Shown in pieces: positions 17,838 to 28,159 of a stretch of DNA of 64,000 nucleotides. Where the stretch lies: positions 20,896 through 84,895 of the forward strand of contig JACQCF010000005.1 in the NCBI GenBank assembly GCA_016201795.1, in the 5' to 3' direction. Source of the stretch: Candidatus Omnitrophota bacterium. GTDB lineage: Bacteria > Omnitrophota > Gorgyraeia > Zapsychrales > Fredricksoniimonadaceae. Every line of letters begins with the position of its first letter. Position 1 is the stretch's first letter. The position numbers and the translations under genes are program-made. The notes under the pieces were generated by a model that saw only the letters and a list, made by a program, of their open reading frames with translations, did not search any database and was not told where the DNA came from.

Positions 17838-18962
17838 CTAACAAGTTAGAATTAACCGCGCGATGTTTTGTGCTGCCATCGGTTTACCGTACTTGAGCGC
17901 CGCCTCGCGCATGGATTTCAGTTTGGACGGTTCGCTCAAAAGGGTCTCAATGGCCCGGCCGATTTGCTTTTTATCGTCAACGCGGATGGCAATACCGCTT
18001 TGGACTAAAAACTGCGCGTTGCGCTCTTCCTGACCCGGAATGGGATCCACAATGACCATGGGTAAACCCTTGGCCAAACATTCCGAGGTGGTCATGCCGC
18101 CGGGTTTGCTGATAATAACAGTGGAGATTCCCATCAATTCATCCACGTTATTGGCGTACTCATAGAAAATAATTTTTTTAGAACTCAGACGCTGAATTTT
18201 CTTAAGCCACCGTACCAGTTTCACATTGGTCCCCGCAATCACAATAATCTGCAGAAATCTATCTAATCGAACCAGGGATTTGACAGCGTCCTTCATCGGT
18301 CCTAAACCCTGGCCTCCGCCCATGACCAAAATCGTCGGCACATGAACGTCCAAACGCAGTTTCTGCGCAATCGCCGCGTGGTCTAATTTTTCCGCGAATT
18401 TCATGTGGATGGGAATGCCAAAGACCTTAATCTGATCTTCTTTCACTCCCTCGTTCATGTAACGCCTTTTGGCATCTTCGGACGGAACCACGTAATAATC
18501 CACGCCTTCATGCAGCCAGTAGAGATGCGGAGCAAAATCGGTCAGCACGCCGATGACTTTCACCGGCAGTTGATGCGTCTTTTTATAATCCGCCACCATG
18601 CCGCAGGGAAAAGCCTGGGTGCAGACAACCGCATCGGGTTTAAACTCATCGAAAAGAAGTTTTAATTTCTTGTGGGAGGATTTGTGAATGGATTCTTTGA
18701 GATTCTTGGAAGCTTTGATGACCTTGGGATTATCGTAAAGGAATTCCCAGATTTGCGGAGCGCGCTTAATCACTCCCAGATAGGCGGTGTTGACAATTTT
18801 TTCCATCAAGGGATAGGTGTAGCCAAAACCGTTGAGGCTTTTGACTTCACAATCGGGATTAAGACTTTTAAGCGATTTTTGAATCGCCACCGCTCCCTGG
18901 CGATGCCCGGAGACCTTGGAAATATAGAGCAGCAAAACACGCTTAAGTCTAAATTCCGTCAT
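17838..18962 (-). CDS. MGDG synthase/UgtP-like GT28 glycosyltransferase
   Basis: GHRQ.A, PDAVVCTQAFP, VLTDF..H..W, GIPI, LVMGGGQG, ISKPGGMT.SE, PIPGQEERNA. Confidence 0.88.
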   Translation of the reverse strand: MTEFRLKRVLLLYISKVSGHRQGAVAIQKSLKSLNPDCEVKSLNGFGYTYPLMEKIVNTAYLGVIKRAPQIWEFLYDNPKVIKASKNLKESIHKSSHKKLKLLFDEFKPDAVVCTQAFPCGMVADYKKTHQLPVKVIGVLTDFAPHLYWLHEGVDYYVVPSEDAKRRYMNEGVKEDQIKVFGIPIHMKFAEKLDHAAIAQKLRLDVHVPTILVMGGGQGLGPMKDAVKSLVRLDRFLQIIVIAGTNVKLVRWLKKIQRLSSKKIIFYEYANNVDELMGISTVIISKPGGMTTSECLAKGLPMVIVDPIPGQEERNAQFLVQSGIAIRVDDKKQIGRAIETLLSEPSKLKSMREAALKYGKPMAAQNIARLILTC

Positions 18963-18965
18963 AAC

Positions 18966-19196
18966 TTATTCAATGATTCCCAAAACACCGCCCACCAGCC
19001 CGTCTTGGCCTGGCCTGACGGTGATTGATTGCAATCGACCGCTGGCCGGAGCCTCGACATTAAAGGTCGCCTTATCGGTTGTGACTTCGCAGACCTCATC
19101 CCCGGCATGAATTTGGTCACCCACCTTCACATGCCAGCAGGCTACCGTCGCTTTCGTAATGCCTTCACCTAATTCGGGCAGAATAATATTATTCAT
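18966..19196 (-). CDS. stand-alone lipoyl carrier domain
   Basis: LPELGEGI, WHVKVGD, EVTTDKA lipoylation motif, APASG; 76 aa with no catalytic domain. Confidence 0.9.
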   Translation of the reverse strand: MNNIILPELGEGITKATVACWHVKVGDQIHAGDEVCEVTTDKATFNVEAPASGRLQSITVRPGQDGLVGGVLGIIE

Positions 19197-19831
19197 TAGA
19201 CAATACTCACCTCAAAAATGTTGCCGAAAAGCTCCATCCATTTGCGCTTGACTTCCCCCATCCGAACCGCACGTCCTAACAATTGAGCCATGGACGTCAT
19301 CTGCACATCCAAACCACAGGGTTTAATAAGAGAAAACAAAGAAAGGTCGGTGTTAACGTTAATCCCCAAACCATGATAGCTGACCCATTTGCGCACGCCA
19401 ATACCGATAGAAGTAATTTTATCAGCTCCCGCGAAAACACCGCGTTTACCAGGAACACTCACTGCCAATATACCAAAATCCTTCAATAAATCAACGGCAA
19501 CTTGCTCGAGTTTTTCAAGATACCTCTTAAGATTACGCTGGTAGAAATTCAAATCCAAAATCACATACACCATGAGCTGTCCGGGCGCATGCAACGTCAC
19601 ATCCCCGCCGCGATCGACGCTGTGAATGGCAACCCCTTTTTGTTCAATAACTTGTTGGCTGTTAAGCAAGCTTTCCTCTTTAAATAAACGGCCCAGGGTG
19701 AGAACCGGTAGATGTTCACAAAAAACCAAACGGCCACATTCGCCGGCAATGACGGCATCCACCATACGTCTTTGACGCTGATAGGCGTTGATATAATCGA
19801 CCATCCCCCAGTCTTCGGCAATCATATCCAT
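19196..19831 (-). CDS. lipB: octanoyltransferase LipB (start 19831 or 19825)
   Basis: CEHLPVLTLG, DRGGDVTLHAPGQL, KITSIGIGV, YHGLGINV, IKPCG. Confidence 0.94.
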   Translation of the reverse strand: MDMIAEDWGMVDYINAYQRQRRMVDAVIAGECGRLVFCEHLPVLTLGRLFKEESLLNSQQVIEQKGVAIHSVDRGGDVTLHAPGQLMVYVILDLNFYQRNLKRYLEKLEQVAVDLLKDFGILAVSVPGKRGVFAGADKITSIGIGVRKWVSYHGLGINVNTDLSLFSLIKPCGLDVQMTSMAQLLGRAVRMGEVKRKWMELFGNIFEVSIV

Positions 19832-19840
19832 AGGCGCTTG

Positions 19841-19869
19841 AGTATACACGAACCCAAATCTCGTCGCAA
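19841..19869 (-). promoter_or_regulatory. putative sigma70 promoter for lipB unit
   Basis: TTGCGA (19869-19864), 17 nt spacer, TATACT (19846-19841), just downstream of the terminator. Confidence 0.6.
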
Positions 19870-19882
19870 CTGAAAGTAATGA

Positions 19883-19918
19883 CCATAAAAAAGCCCGCTT
19901 AAAGCGGACTTTTTATGG
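19883..19918 (-). terminator. intrinsic terminator (potentially bidirectional)
   Basis: Minus strand AAAAAGTCCGC-TTTAA-GCGGGCTTTTTT: GC stem flanked by A- and T-tracts, ~25 nt after the IDH-family stop. Confidence 0.88.
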
Positions 19919-19943
19919 CATGGATCATTTTGCATATAAACGA

Positions 19944-21026
19944 CTATAATTTTTTGCAAATCGCTTCGGCCATTTGCAGGGTGCCCACCGCGGTGGGGTC
20001 GTTGCGGTCAGCTTTGAGGTCATAGGTGACGTGCCTGCCTTCCTTCAACACGGCACGTACGGCATTGTCCAAACGGGTGGCCGCGGCCTCTTCCTTCAAA
20101 TGACGCAGCATCCATACGGCGGAGAGAATTGTAGCCGTGGGATTAACTTTATTCTGCCCGGTATATTTGGGGGCTGATCCGTGCACCGGCTCAAAAAGAG
20201 CAATTTCATCGCCGTAATTGGCTCCCGGGGCAATGCCTAAGCCTCCCACCAAGCCAGCACACAAATCGGAAATAATATCACCGTAGAGATTCGGCAAAAC
20301 CAAACAATCATACGTATGCGCGTGTTGTACCAGCTGCATGCACATATTATCCACGATGCAGTCGCTAAACTCTATCCTTCCGGCATATGCTTGAGCCACT
20401 TCCTGGGCGCTACGCAAAAAAATCCCGTCGGTAAATTTCATAATATTAGCTTTATGCACCGCCGTCATTTTCTTGCGGCCTAAACGCAGCGCATAGTCAA
20501 ACGCAAACTTAACGATGCGCTTGGAAGCACTCACAGAAATAGGTTTAATGGAAATCGCGGCATCTTCTTTCACTTTCTTAGGCGACATTTCATTGATCAA
20601 AGCGCGCAGGCGAGCAAGCTCGGGCGTATTTAAATCAAATTCGATACCCGCGTAAAGGTCTTCGGTGTTTTCGCGAAACACCATCAAATTGACGTTCTTA
20701 ACGGGTGTTTTGGTGCCTTCATAATAAAAACAGGGCCGCACGCAGGCAAAAAGGTCCAGCGATTGGCGCAGCTGCACATTGACCGAACGAAAACCTTTAC
20801 CGATGGGAGTAGTGATGGGGCCTTTGATGGCGGTTTTATTGCGGCGGATGGATTCTAAGGCTGCCTCTGTTAAGGGCTGGCCGTATCTGGTAACGGATTT
20901 CTCACCAACTTCACAAACTTCCCAATCAATTTTAACGCCTGTAGCATCCACGCACATTTTCATCGCCACAGTCACTTCAGGCCCGATGCCATCGCCGGGT
21001 AACAAAGTTACTTGATGAGCCATCAT
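19944..21026 (-). CDS. icd: isocitrate/isopropylmalate dehydrogenase family, probably isocitrate dehydrogenase
   Basis: PGDGIGPEV, KGPITTPIGKGFRSVNV.LR, RENTEDLY, VHKANIMK, NLYGDIISD, EPVHGSAP. Confidence 0.88.
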   Translation of the reverse strand: MMAHQVTLLPGDGIGPEVTVAMKMCVDATGVKIDWEVCEVGEKSVTRYGQPLTEAALESIRRNKTAIKGPITTPIGKGFRSVNVQLRQSLDLFACVRPCFYYEGTKTPVKNVNLMVFRENTEDLYAGIEFDLNTPELARLRALINEMSPKKVKEDAAISIKPISVSASKRIVKFAFDYALRLGRKKMTAVHKANIMKFTDGIFLRSAQEVAQAYAGRIEFSDCIVDNMCMQLVQHAHTYDCLVLPNLYGDIISDLCAGLVGGLGIAPGANYGDEIALFEPVHGSAPKYTGQNKVNPTATILSAVWMLRHLKEEAAATRLDNAVRAVLKEGRHVTYDLKADRNDPTAVGTLQMAEAICKKL

Positions 21027-22097
21027 TTACCTTTTCCCTAATAAACTCTTAAGCTCATCGATATTATGCGCATAGGTGATCGCCGTTTCATAGGTGATCA
21101 ATCCTTTTTCGTAAACTTCTTTGAGGGATTTATCCATGGTCTTCATACCGTATTGAGCGCCAGTTTGAATCGCCGTACGCAGTTGTCCAGACGCTTGCTC
21201 GCGGATCATGTTACGCACCCCCGCCGTTGCGATCATAATTTCCGGCACCATCAGCCGACCCTTGCCGCCGGCGCGCGGCACCAATTGCTGCGAAATCACC
21301 CCCTGCAAAGCGCTGGCTAATTGCAAACGCACCTGGTGCTGCTGGTACGGCGGAAACACGTCAATGATACGTTCAATCGTCTGGGGCGCATCCGGCGTGT
21401 GCAACGTCGCCAGCACCAAATGGCCGGTTTCCGCGGCGGTTAAAGCGGTAGAGATGGTCTCCAGATCGCGCATTTCTCCGACCACAATAACATCCGGGTC
21501 CTGACGCAGACAGCGGCGCAGAGCTTCAGCAAAGGAATTAGTATCCCGATACACTTCCCGCTGTTTGATGACTGACTTTTTATTGACATGCACGTATTCG
21601 ATGGGGTCTTCAATGCTGATAATCACACATTCACGCTCATGATTAATTAAATTGATCATGGCCGCCATGGTGGTGCTTTTACCGGTGCCGGTAGCTCCAG
21701 TAATCAAGACCAGACCGTTTTGTTTACGGGCCAGATCTCCAAGAACCACGGGCAGCTGCAATTCTTCCATGGTTGGAATAAATAAAGACACCCGTCTGAA
21801 AGCCGCTTCCGCGCATCCACGCTGATAATGCACATTGACGCGAAAACGATCCAGACCGGTCATGGCTAGAGAAAAATCCAGTTCTTTATTGTCTTCAAAT
21901 TGTTTGCGCTGAGTCGAGGAAAGGCCTTCAAAAATAATGTCCTGCAACTGCTCACGTGAAAGCGGACCATGTTCAATCATGACCAAGCGTCCGTCAATGC
22001 GTAAAACTGGCGGGGTATTTTCCGTTAAATGAAGATCCGAAGCCCCTTTTTGAATGGCCAAAAGAAGAAGTTCGCGTAAAACGGTATTTTTTTCCAT
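21027..22097 (-). CDS. pilT: type IV pilus retraction ATPase PilT/PilU family
   Basis: ASDLHL, GATGTGKSTT, IEDPIE, LRQDPDVIVVGEMRD, AETGHLVLATLHT, AIRNLIRE-like GVRNMIRE. Confidence 0.92.
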   Translation of the reverse strand: MEKNTVLRELLLLAIQKGASDLHLTENTPPVLRIDGRLVMIEHGPLSREQLQDIIFEGLSSTQRKQFEDNKELDFSLAMTGLDRFRVNVHYQRGCAEAAFRRVSLFIPTMEELQLPVVLGDLARKQNGLVLITGATGTGKSTTMAAMINLINHERECVIISIEDPIEYVHVNKKSVIKQREVYRDTNSFAEALRRCLRQDPDVIVVGEMRDLETISTALTAAETGHLVLATLHTPDAPQTIERIIDVFPPYQQHQVRLQLASALQGVISQQLVPRAGGKGRLMVPEIMIATAGVRNMIREQASGQLRTAIQTGAQYGMKTMDKSLKEVYEKGLITYETAITYAHNIDELKSLLGKR

Positions 22098-22117
22098 AGT
22101 TGCCGCTGTTGTCGTGT

Positions 22118-23296
22118 TTATACTTTACAAGAAGATCTGGCTTCCACCCACCTGCTGATACGGTTGATGCCTTCTTTGATTTTTGCCTCCGAGGTGGCAA
22201 AACTCAAACGGATATACGCAGGCGCGCCAAATCCATCGCCGCCGACCACCGCGACTTTAATATCATCCAGCATTTGTTTGGCGATGGTGGCCCCGTCGCC
22301 GATTTTGGACACATCGCAGAACACATAAAAAGCTCCCTGCGGCCGGATGTAACGGATTTGTACAATGCGATCGAGGCATTGTACAATCAAATCGCGCCGG
22401 CCCTTAAACACCCGGCACATGGCCTCAATGGTGTCATTGGAAGCCCTCAGGGCCGCCACCGCTGCCGCCTGACTAATGGAAGTCGGATTAGAGGTGGAAT
22501 GATCCTGATATTTCTTGATGTATTCCATGATCTGTTGAGAACCTGCCGCGTAGCCAATGCGCCAGCCGGTCATCGCGTATGCCTTGGAGATGCCGTTAAC
22601 CGTCATCGTTAAGTCAAAAATCTCTTTGCCCAGTGAAGCGATAGAACAAAACTTAATATCATCATAAACCAATTTTTCGTAAATTTCATCACTAATGACG
22701 TAAATTTTATGCGCCACACAGATTTCAGCCAGTCTGGCTAATTCCTCTTTGGTGTACATGACCCCGGTGGGATTGGAGGGCGAGTTGAGAATTAAAAGTT
22801 TTGTTTTGGAGCTCAGGTGCTTTTTCAATAAATCCGTCGTGATTTTAAACCCTGTGGATTGATCCGTCGGGATAATCACCGACTTGCCACCGGCCGCTTT
22901 GACCATTTCCGGATAGCTGACCCAGTAAGGAGCCTGAAAAATAACTTCATCAGCGTCGTCGACTAACACCTGGACGATGTTAAATAAAGAATGTTTGGCC
23001 CCGCAGGAGACTACGATCTGATTGGGTTGATACACCAGGCCATTATCTTTTTGAAATTTGGCCGCGATGGCTTCTCTTAATTCCTGTATGCCCGCCGAAG
23101 GCGTGTATTTGGTAAAACCACTATGGATGGACTTGATGGCTGCTTGCTTGATGAAATCAGGAGTGTCAAAATCAGGTTCGCCGGCGGCGAAATTGACCAC
23201 ATCATGCCCCTGCGCCTGCAACTCCTTGGCGCGGGCGGTGATGGCCAGCGTCGTTGAACCAACCATATCTTTGATCCGACGATTAACCTTGAGCAT
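22118..23296 (-). CDS. PLP-dependent class I aminotransferase (AspC/AspB-like)
   Basis: GEPDF, NSPSNPTG, SDEIY, SKAYAMTGWRIG, PQGAFY, IRLSFA; start taken at ATG 23296. Confidence 0.92.
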   Translation of the reverse strand: MLKVNRRIKDMVGSTTLAITARAKELQAQGHDVVNFAAGEPDFDTPDFIKQAAIKSIHSGFTKYTPSAGIQELREAIAAKFQKDNGLVYQPNQIVVSCGAKHSLFNIVQVLVDDADEVIFQAPYWVSYPEMVKAAGGKSVIIPTDQSTGFKITTDLLKKHLSSKTKLLILNSPSNPTGVMYTKEELARLAEICVAHKIYVISDEIYEKLVYDDIKFCSIASLGKEIFDLTMTVNGISKAYAMTGWRIGYAAGSQQIMEYIKKYQDHSTSNPTSISQAAAVAALRASNDTIEAMCRVFKGRRDLIVQCLDRIVQIRYIRPQGAFYVFCDVSKIGDGATIAKQMLDDIKVAVVGGDGFGAPAYIRLSFATSEAKIKEGINRISRWVEARSSCKV

Positions 23297-23300
23297 GAAA

Positions 23301-23873
23301 TTATTCCCCGCCAACTTTACGCTGGAACAATTTTTTGAGACCGGTCGGTTTAGGGACCACTTTGATTGAAGTCTTCACGTCAGCCTTGGAATGCTCTGGT
23401 TTAGCAACAACAGTTTTGGTCCCCTCTTCCACTGCTTTGGTTTGAGCATCCTCTGGTTTTGTCTGGACGGTATCCTTGATCTCTTTTTTCAACTTTTGAC
23501 CACTGATCATCGCACGGTCTTTTTCAGTTAACTCTAAAAAGACCATATCCGCATTATCCCCGAGGCGCTTGATAAAAGGAATGATGCGGGTGTAACCGCC
23601 TAGGCGGTTTTTAAAACGCGGGGCCGTTTCTTTAAAAAGCGACGAGACCGAAGCATGGTCGCAAAGAATCGCAAACGCGCGACGGCGCGCGGCCAGCGTA
23701 TCTTTTTTGCCTAAGGTAATTAGTTTTTCAACTAATCTTCTGGCTTGTTTGGCCTTGGCGCGGGTGGTACAAATACGCTGTTCAATCAAAGCCGCCTTGG
23801 CTAAATCGCGCAAGGTGGCTCTGCGTAAACTGCGGTTGCGGCTTAAACGATTTCCTGCGATTTGGTGTCTCAT
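23301..23873 (-). CDS. rplQ: 50S ribosomal protein L17 with C-terminal extension
   Basis: MRHQ...TTRAKAK...EKLITLGK...RLGGYTRI...GDNADM. Confidence 0.97.
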   Translation of the reverse strand: MRHQIAGNRLSRNRSLRRATLRDLAKAALIEQRICTTRAKAKQARRLVEKLITLGKKDTLAARRRAFAILCDHASVSSLFKETAPRFKNRLGGYTRIIPFIKRLGDNADMVFLELTEKDRAMISGQKLKKEIKDTVQTKPEDAQTKAVEEGTKTVVAKPEHSKADVKTSIKVVPKPTGLKKLFQRKVGGE

Positions 23874-23875
23874 AG

Positions 23876-24871
23876 TTAAGCGCTCTTGGCTTTCAATTTT
23901 TTAGAATCAACTTTCATCCCCAACGTCAGCCCCATGGCTTTAAGGATATCAACGATTTCCGTTAAGGATTTCTTACCGAAATTGCGGAACTCTAGAAGTT
24001 CGACTTCCTGACGCTTGACTAAATCGCCGATAGTTTTGATATTGGCGTCTTTAAGACAGTTGGAAGAACGTACCGACAATTCCAATTCGGAAATCGGCAG
24101 ACGAAGCTTGGTGTACAACGCTTCTTCTTCGGCGGAAATTTCTTCCTCCTCCACGTCTTCTTCAGGTAATTGGCCGTAAGCGACAAACACGTCCAGATGG
24201 CGCTGTAAAATATTGGCCCCGTACAAAAGCGCTTCTTTGGGGTTAATGGCGCCGTTGGTGTAAATCTCAGTGATCAAACGGTCATAATCCGTGCGCTGAC
24301 CGACACGGGTATTTTCAACGCTGAAATTGACCTTCACGATGGGGGTAAAAATTGCATCCACCGCGATGGTTCCGACGGGGGCGCCTTCTTTTTTATTCTG
24401 GTCCGCCGGCACATAACCACGGCCGCGGGAAATCTCCAGTTCCATGTTAAAAGGAATATCCTGGGTTAAGGTGGCGATGTGATGCTCGGGGTTAAGGATT
24501 TCAATGACTTCATCAAAGATAATGTCCTTGGCCTTAATCTCGCCTTTTTTATTAGCTTTGATGTAAATGCTTTTAGGGGTCTTGGAATGCGAACGCACAA
24601 TCAAGCCCTTGATGTTTAAAATGATTTCCGTCACCGCTTCCAAAACACCGGGCATGGTGGAAAATTCGTGAGAAACGCCTTCCATACGAATGGCGCTGAC
24701 CGCAGAACCTTCAATGGAAGACAAAAGGATACGACGCAAAGAATTGCCTAAAGTCACTCCGTAACCGCGTTCGAAAGGTTCAGCCACGAATTTACCATAG
24801 GTATTGGTGTAACTGTCTTCATCGCAATCTAAACGTTTAGGCATTTGAAAATCACGCCATTTCACACCCAT
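23876..24871 (-). CDS. rpoA: RNA polymerase alpha subunit
   Basis: [42 protein letters not shown]. Confidence 0.98.
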   Translation of the reverse strand: MGVKWRDFQMPKRLDCDEDSYTNTYGKFVAEPFERGYGVTLGNSLRRILLSSIEGSAVSAIRMEGVSHEFSTMPGVLEAVTEIILNIKGLIVRSHSKTPKSIYIKANKKGEIKAKDIIFDEVIEILNPEHHIATLTQDIPFNMELEISRGRGYVPADQNKKEGAPVGTIAVDAIFTPIVKVNFSVENTRVGQRTDYDRLITEIYTNGAINPKEALLYGANILQRHLDVFVAYGQLPEEDVEEEEISAEEEALYTKLRLPISELELSVRSSNCLKDANIKTIGDLVKRQEVELLEFRNFGKKSLTEIVDILKAMGLTLGMKVDSKKLKAKSA

Positions 24872-24891
24872 GTCATTATCCTCCGTTTATG

Positions 24892-25518
24892 TTACCTCGA
24901 GTATAACTCGACGATTAACTGTTCATTGACAGAATAGGCGACGTCTTCGCGCATCGGCATGCGCACGATTTTCGCTTTGCAGTTGGCTGCATCCACCTCA
25001 AACCAGCCGGGAACTTTGCGTTCCTTGGTGATCTCGATATTGGCTTTGATAGCATTTAAAGTTTTCGCGTCGGTTTTGATTTCCACCACATCATTGGATT
25101 TAACCAAGAAGGAAGCGATATTCACCCGGCGGCCGTTAACGGTCACATGATGGTGGCTGACGATTTGACGCGCATCTTTACGGGATTTGGCAAAGCCTAA
25201 GTTAAAAATCACGCTGTCCAAACGGCGTTCCAATAATTGAAGCAAAGTCGTACCCGTAACGCCTTTGGTGGAGCTTGCCTTTAAGAAGTAATTACGGAAT
25301 TGTCTTTCCATCACCCCATAAATGCGTTTGACCTTTTGTTTCTCGCGCAATTGAATACCGAAGTTAGAAAGCTTACCTTTCTTAATACCGTGCTGTCCGG
25401 GCGCGTATTCACGACGAGCTACCGCGCATTTATGCGTGTAGCAGCGGGCTCCTTTTAAGAAAAGTTTTTCACCTTCACGGCGGCATAAACGACAATCTGG
25501 ACCAATATCGCGACCCAT
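24892..25518 (-). CDS. rpsD: 30S ribosomal protein S4 (Zn-ribbon type)
   Basis: CRLCRREG, PGQHG, QLREKQK, LERRLD, EQLIVELYSR. Confidence 0.98.
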   Translation of the reverse strand: MGRDIGPDCRLCRREGEKLFLKGARCYTHKCAVARREYAPGQHGIKKGKLSNFGIQLREKQKVKRIYGVMERQFRNYFLKASSTKGVTGTTLLQLLERRLDSVIFNLGFAKSRKDARQIVSHHHVTVNGRRVNIASFLVKSNDVVEIKTDAKTLNAIKANIEITKERKVPGWFEVDAANCKAKIVRMPMREDVAYSVNEQLIVELYSR

Positions 25519-25539
25519 ATTTTAAATTTTATCCTTTCT

Positions 25540-25956
25540 TTACACTCTACGTCTTTTGCGTGGACGGCAGCCGTTATGCGGAATCGGCGTGACGTCTCTG
25601 ATGGAGGTTACATGCAGACCCGCTGCGGCAATCGCACGAATCGCGGATTCACGACCCGAACCAGGGCCATTCACTAGCACATCCACGCTCACTAAACCCA
25701 ATTCTTTGGCCCGACGGGCAGCATCGGTGGCTGCCAACTGAGCGGCAAAAGGGGTGGATTTCTTGGAACCGCTAAAACCCACCAAACCGGGAGTAGCCCA
25801 AACAATGGTATTGCCCTGTTTATCGGCAATGGTCACAATCGTATTATTAAAAGAAGCCTGAATGGTGGCAACCCCTGAAGTGATCCCTTTGAGAACTTTT
25901 TTTCTGGGTTTCGCCGGTTTCTTATTGATAACGGGTTCTGCTGGTTTTGTAGCCAT
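25540..25956 (-). CDS. rpsK: 30S ribosomal protein S11
   Basis: [37 protein letters not shown]. Confidence 0.98.
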   Translation of the reverse strand: MATKPAEPVINKKPAKPRKKVLKGITSGVATIQASFNNTIVTIADKQGNTIVWATPGLVGFSGSKKSTPFAAQLAATDAARRAKELGLVSVDVLVNGPGSGRESAIRAIAAAGLHVTSIRDVTPIPHNGCRPRKRRRV

Positions 25957-25970
25957 AATTGAAAATGTCC

Positions 25971-26375
25971 TTACTTGGCCTTGGTGGCAGCTGGTGGTGG
26001 TGTTTCTTTCTTAATAATATGCCCCACGACGGGTTTTTTGCCTTTGCGCGTTCTGGCATTGGTTTTTGTTCTCTGTCCGCGCACCGGAAGACCTTTGCGG
26101 TGGCGCAGCCCGCGATAGGTGCCGATTTCCATGTGGCGGCGTACATTCTCATTGATTTCCCGGCGTAAGTCACCTTCAGTCACGTAATTTTTCTGAATGA
26201 TGTGCGTGATGCGAGAAATTTCTTCCTCGGTTAAATCTTTAGCACGTTTGTCCGCATTGACCTGCGCTTGGGATAAAATAATTTTGGAACGGGACAGACC
26301 AATACCATAAAGATAAGGCAAGGCCGCCTCGATGCGTTTCTCTTTGGGAAGATCAATACCTAAAATTCTAGGCAT
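25971..26375 (-). CDS. rpsM: 30S ribosomal protein S13
   Basis: [26 protein letters not shown]. Confidence 0.98.
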   Translation of the reverse strand: MPRILGIDLPKEKRIEAALPYLYGIGLSRSKIILSQAQVNADKRAKDLTEEEISRITHIIQKNYVTEGDLRREINENVRRHMEIGTYRGLRHRKGLPVRGQRTKTNARTRKGKKPVVGHIIKKETPPPAATKAK

Positions 26376-26381
26376 ATCTGT

Positions 26382-26495
26382 TTATCCTTGTCTTTGCTTG
26401 TGTTTGGGGTTGCTGCAAATGACGCGCACCACCCCCGAACGACGAACGACTTTACAATTGCCGCAAATTCTTTTGACCGATGATTTGACCTTCAT
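26382..26495 (-). CDS. rpmJ: 50S ribosomal protein L36
   Basis: Below ORF-track cutoff; [37 protein letters not shown]. Confidence 0.97.
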   Translation of the reverse strand: MKVKSSVKRICGNCKVVRRSGVVRVICSNPKHKQRQG

Positions 26496-26510
26496 TTTTT
26501 ATTTCCTCGT

Positions 26511-26538
26511 GTACGGGCTGGGTCACCCAGCCCCTACG
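26511..26538 (-). repeat. GTAG-type REP-like palindrome
   Basis: CGTAGGGGCTGGGT-G-ACCCAGCCCGTAC between infA and rpmJ; same termini as 52220-52247. Confidence 0.75.
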
Positions 26539-26542
26539 ATAA

Positions 26543-26761
26543 TTACTTCAATCGAAATGTGATACGCCCGCGCGATAAATCATAAGGAGACAATTCCACT
26601 TTGACTTTATCCCCCGGCAAAATACGGATGAAATTCATACGGATTTTGCCGGAAACGTGAGCCAACACTTTATGATTATTATCTAATACGACCCTAAACA
26701 TGGCGTTGGGCAACGCTTCTTCTACCGTCCCTTCCACTTCAATAAGGTCTTCTTTAGCCAT
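26543..26761 (-). CDS. infA: translation initiation factor IF-1
   Basis: [44 protein letters not shown]. Confidence 0.98.
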   Translation of the reverse strand: MAKEDLIEVEGTVEEALPNAMFRVVLDNNHKVLAHVSGKIRMNFIRILPGDKVKVELSPYDLSRGRITFRLK

Positions 26762-26763
26762 AT

Positions 26764-27519
26764 CTAGCGCGTCAATATTTCCGCTTCTTTAAAGGTTATT
26801 AAAACACAATGTTCAAAATGTACTGACGGTTTTCCGTCTTCAGTGACCACCGTCCATCCATCGCTTAAGACTTTAGTACGATGGCCTCCCATATTAACCA
26901 TCGGCTCAATGGCCAGCACCATACCTTCTTTTAAGACAGGTCCCTGATGCGGCGAACCGTAATTGGGAATTTCCGGGTCTTCATGCAATTGCCGACCGAT
27001 GCCATGTCCGACGAAATCGCGCACCACGGAAAACCCATGCATCTGAACATAACTTTGCACCGCGTACGAAATATCCGACAGATGCTGCCCGGCGCGCGCC
27101 TGTTCAATTCCTTTATAAAGAGCGGCTTCGCTGACTTCTAAAAGCTTCTGAATCTGAGGGTTAACAGGCCCAATGGGAATCGTCACCGCTGTATCTGAAT
27201 AATAATCATCGTAAATAATCCCAACATCAACGCTAACAATATCGCCGTTGCGGATGATCCGCCCATTGGGAATGCCGTGAACAACCCCTTCATTGACAGA
27301 CACACAGATATTGGCCGGAAATCCTCGGTAACCTTTAAAGGCTGGCTTGACCCCATATTGTTGCATCAGGGCTTGGGCCTGTGTATCAATGTCCTTCGTC
27401 GTCATTCCTGCTGTTAAAGAGCCTTTTATCTGCCCGATAATTAAAGACAGAATCTTACCAGCTTTTCTTAAAATGTCAACTTCCTGAAGGTCTTTGATTC
27501 TGATATGATTTGTCTTCAT
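26764..27519 (-). CDS. map: type I methionine aminopeptidase
   Basis: [37 protein letters not shown]. Confidence 0.96.
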   Translation of the reverse strand: MKTNHIRIKDLQEVDILRKAGKILSLIIGQIKGSLTAGMTTKDIDTQAQALMQQYGVKPAFKGYRGFPANICVSVNEGVVHGIPNGRIIRNGDIVSVDVGIIYDDYYSDTAVTIPIGPVNPQIQKLLEVSEAALYKGIEQARAGQHLSDISYAVQSYVQMHGFSVVRDFVGHGIGRQLHEDPEIPNYGSPHQGPVLKEGMVLAIEPMVNMGGHRTKVLSDGWTVVTEDGKPSVHFEHCVLITFKEAEILTR

Positions 27520-28159
27520 GGAGCATGGTCACTAAATCGTCACGCACGTCGATTGTCTCTTTATCCCCATCAACTCTTCTTAACTTACCCTGCGCTGCGT
27601 AATAATCAATAATCAGCTTGGTGTTTGTTTCATACACCTGCATACGCTTGCGAATTGTTTGCTCATTATCGTCGCTGCGTTGATAAAGCTCACCGCCACA
27701 AAGGTCGCACACATTGACTTTTTGAGGCGGTTTATTCTTCAAATGAAATAAAGCTCCGCATTGCCGGCAAAGGCGACGTCCGGTTAGACGCGTCAAAATC
27801 ATCTGTAAACTGGCTTCCATGTACAACGCAAAATCTAAAGGCTTACCCACCTTAACCAGGATGCGATCCAACTCCTGAGCCTGTTGTGTAGTGCGCGGGA
27901 ATCCATCGAACATATACCCTTTAGCCAGTTGAGGATCTCTGGTAATTTTTTGCTCGACGAGTTCAGTCACAATCTCATCAGGAACTAAGGCCCCTTTTTC
28001 AACCAACCCTTTGATTTTCAATCCCAGCTTCGTACCTTTTTTCATTTCCTCGCGCAGCATATCGCCGGTGGAAATGTGCACAATGCCCATCATGTCTTTA
28101 ATCAACCCTGCCAAAGAACCTTTGCCGGCGCCCGGTGGACCTAAAAGCACAATCCTCAT
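27476..28159 (-). CDS. adk: adenylate kinase (Zn-LID type)
   Basis: GPPGAGKG, HISTGDMLR, DGFPRT, CRQC...CDLC, QRSDD. Confidence 0.97.
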   Translation of the reverse strand: MRIVLLGPPGAGKGSLAGLIKDMMGIVHISTGDMLREEMKKGTKLGLKIKGLVEKGALVPDEIVTELVEQKITRDPQLAKGYMFDGFPRTTQQAQELDRILVKVGKPLDFALYMEASLQMILTRLTGRRLCRQCGALFHLKNKPPQKVNVCDLCGGELYQRSDDNEQTIRKRMQVYETNTKLIIDYYAAQGKLRRVDGDKETIDVRDDLVTMLHEDKSYQNQRPSGS

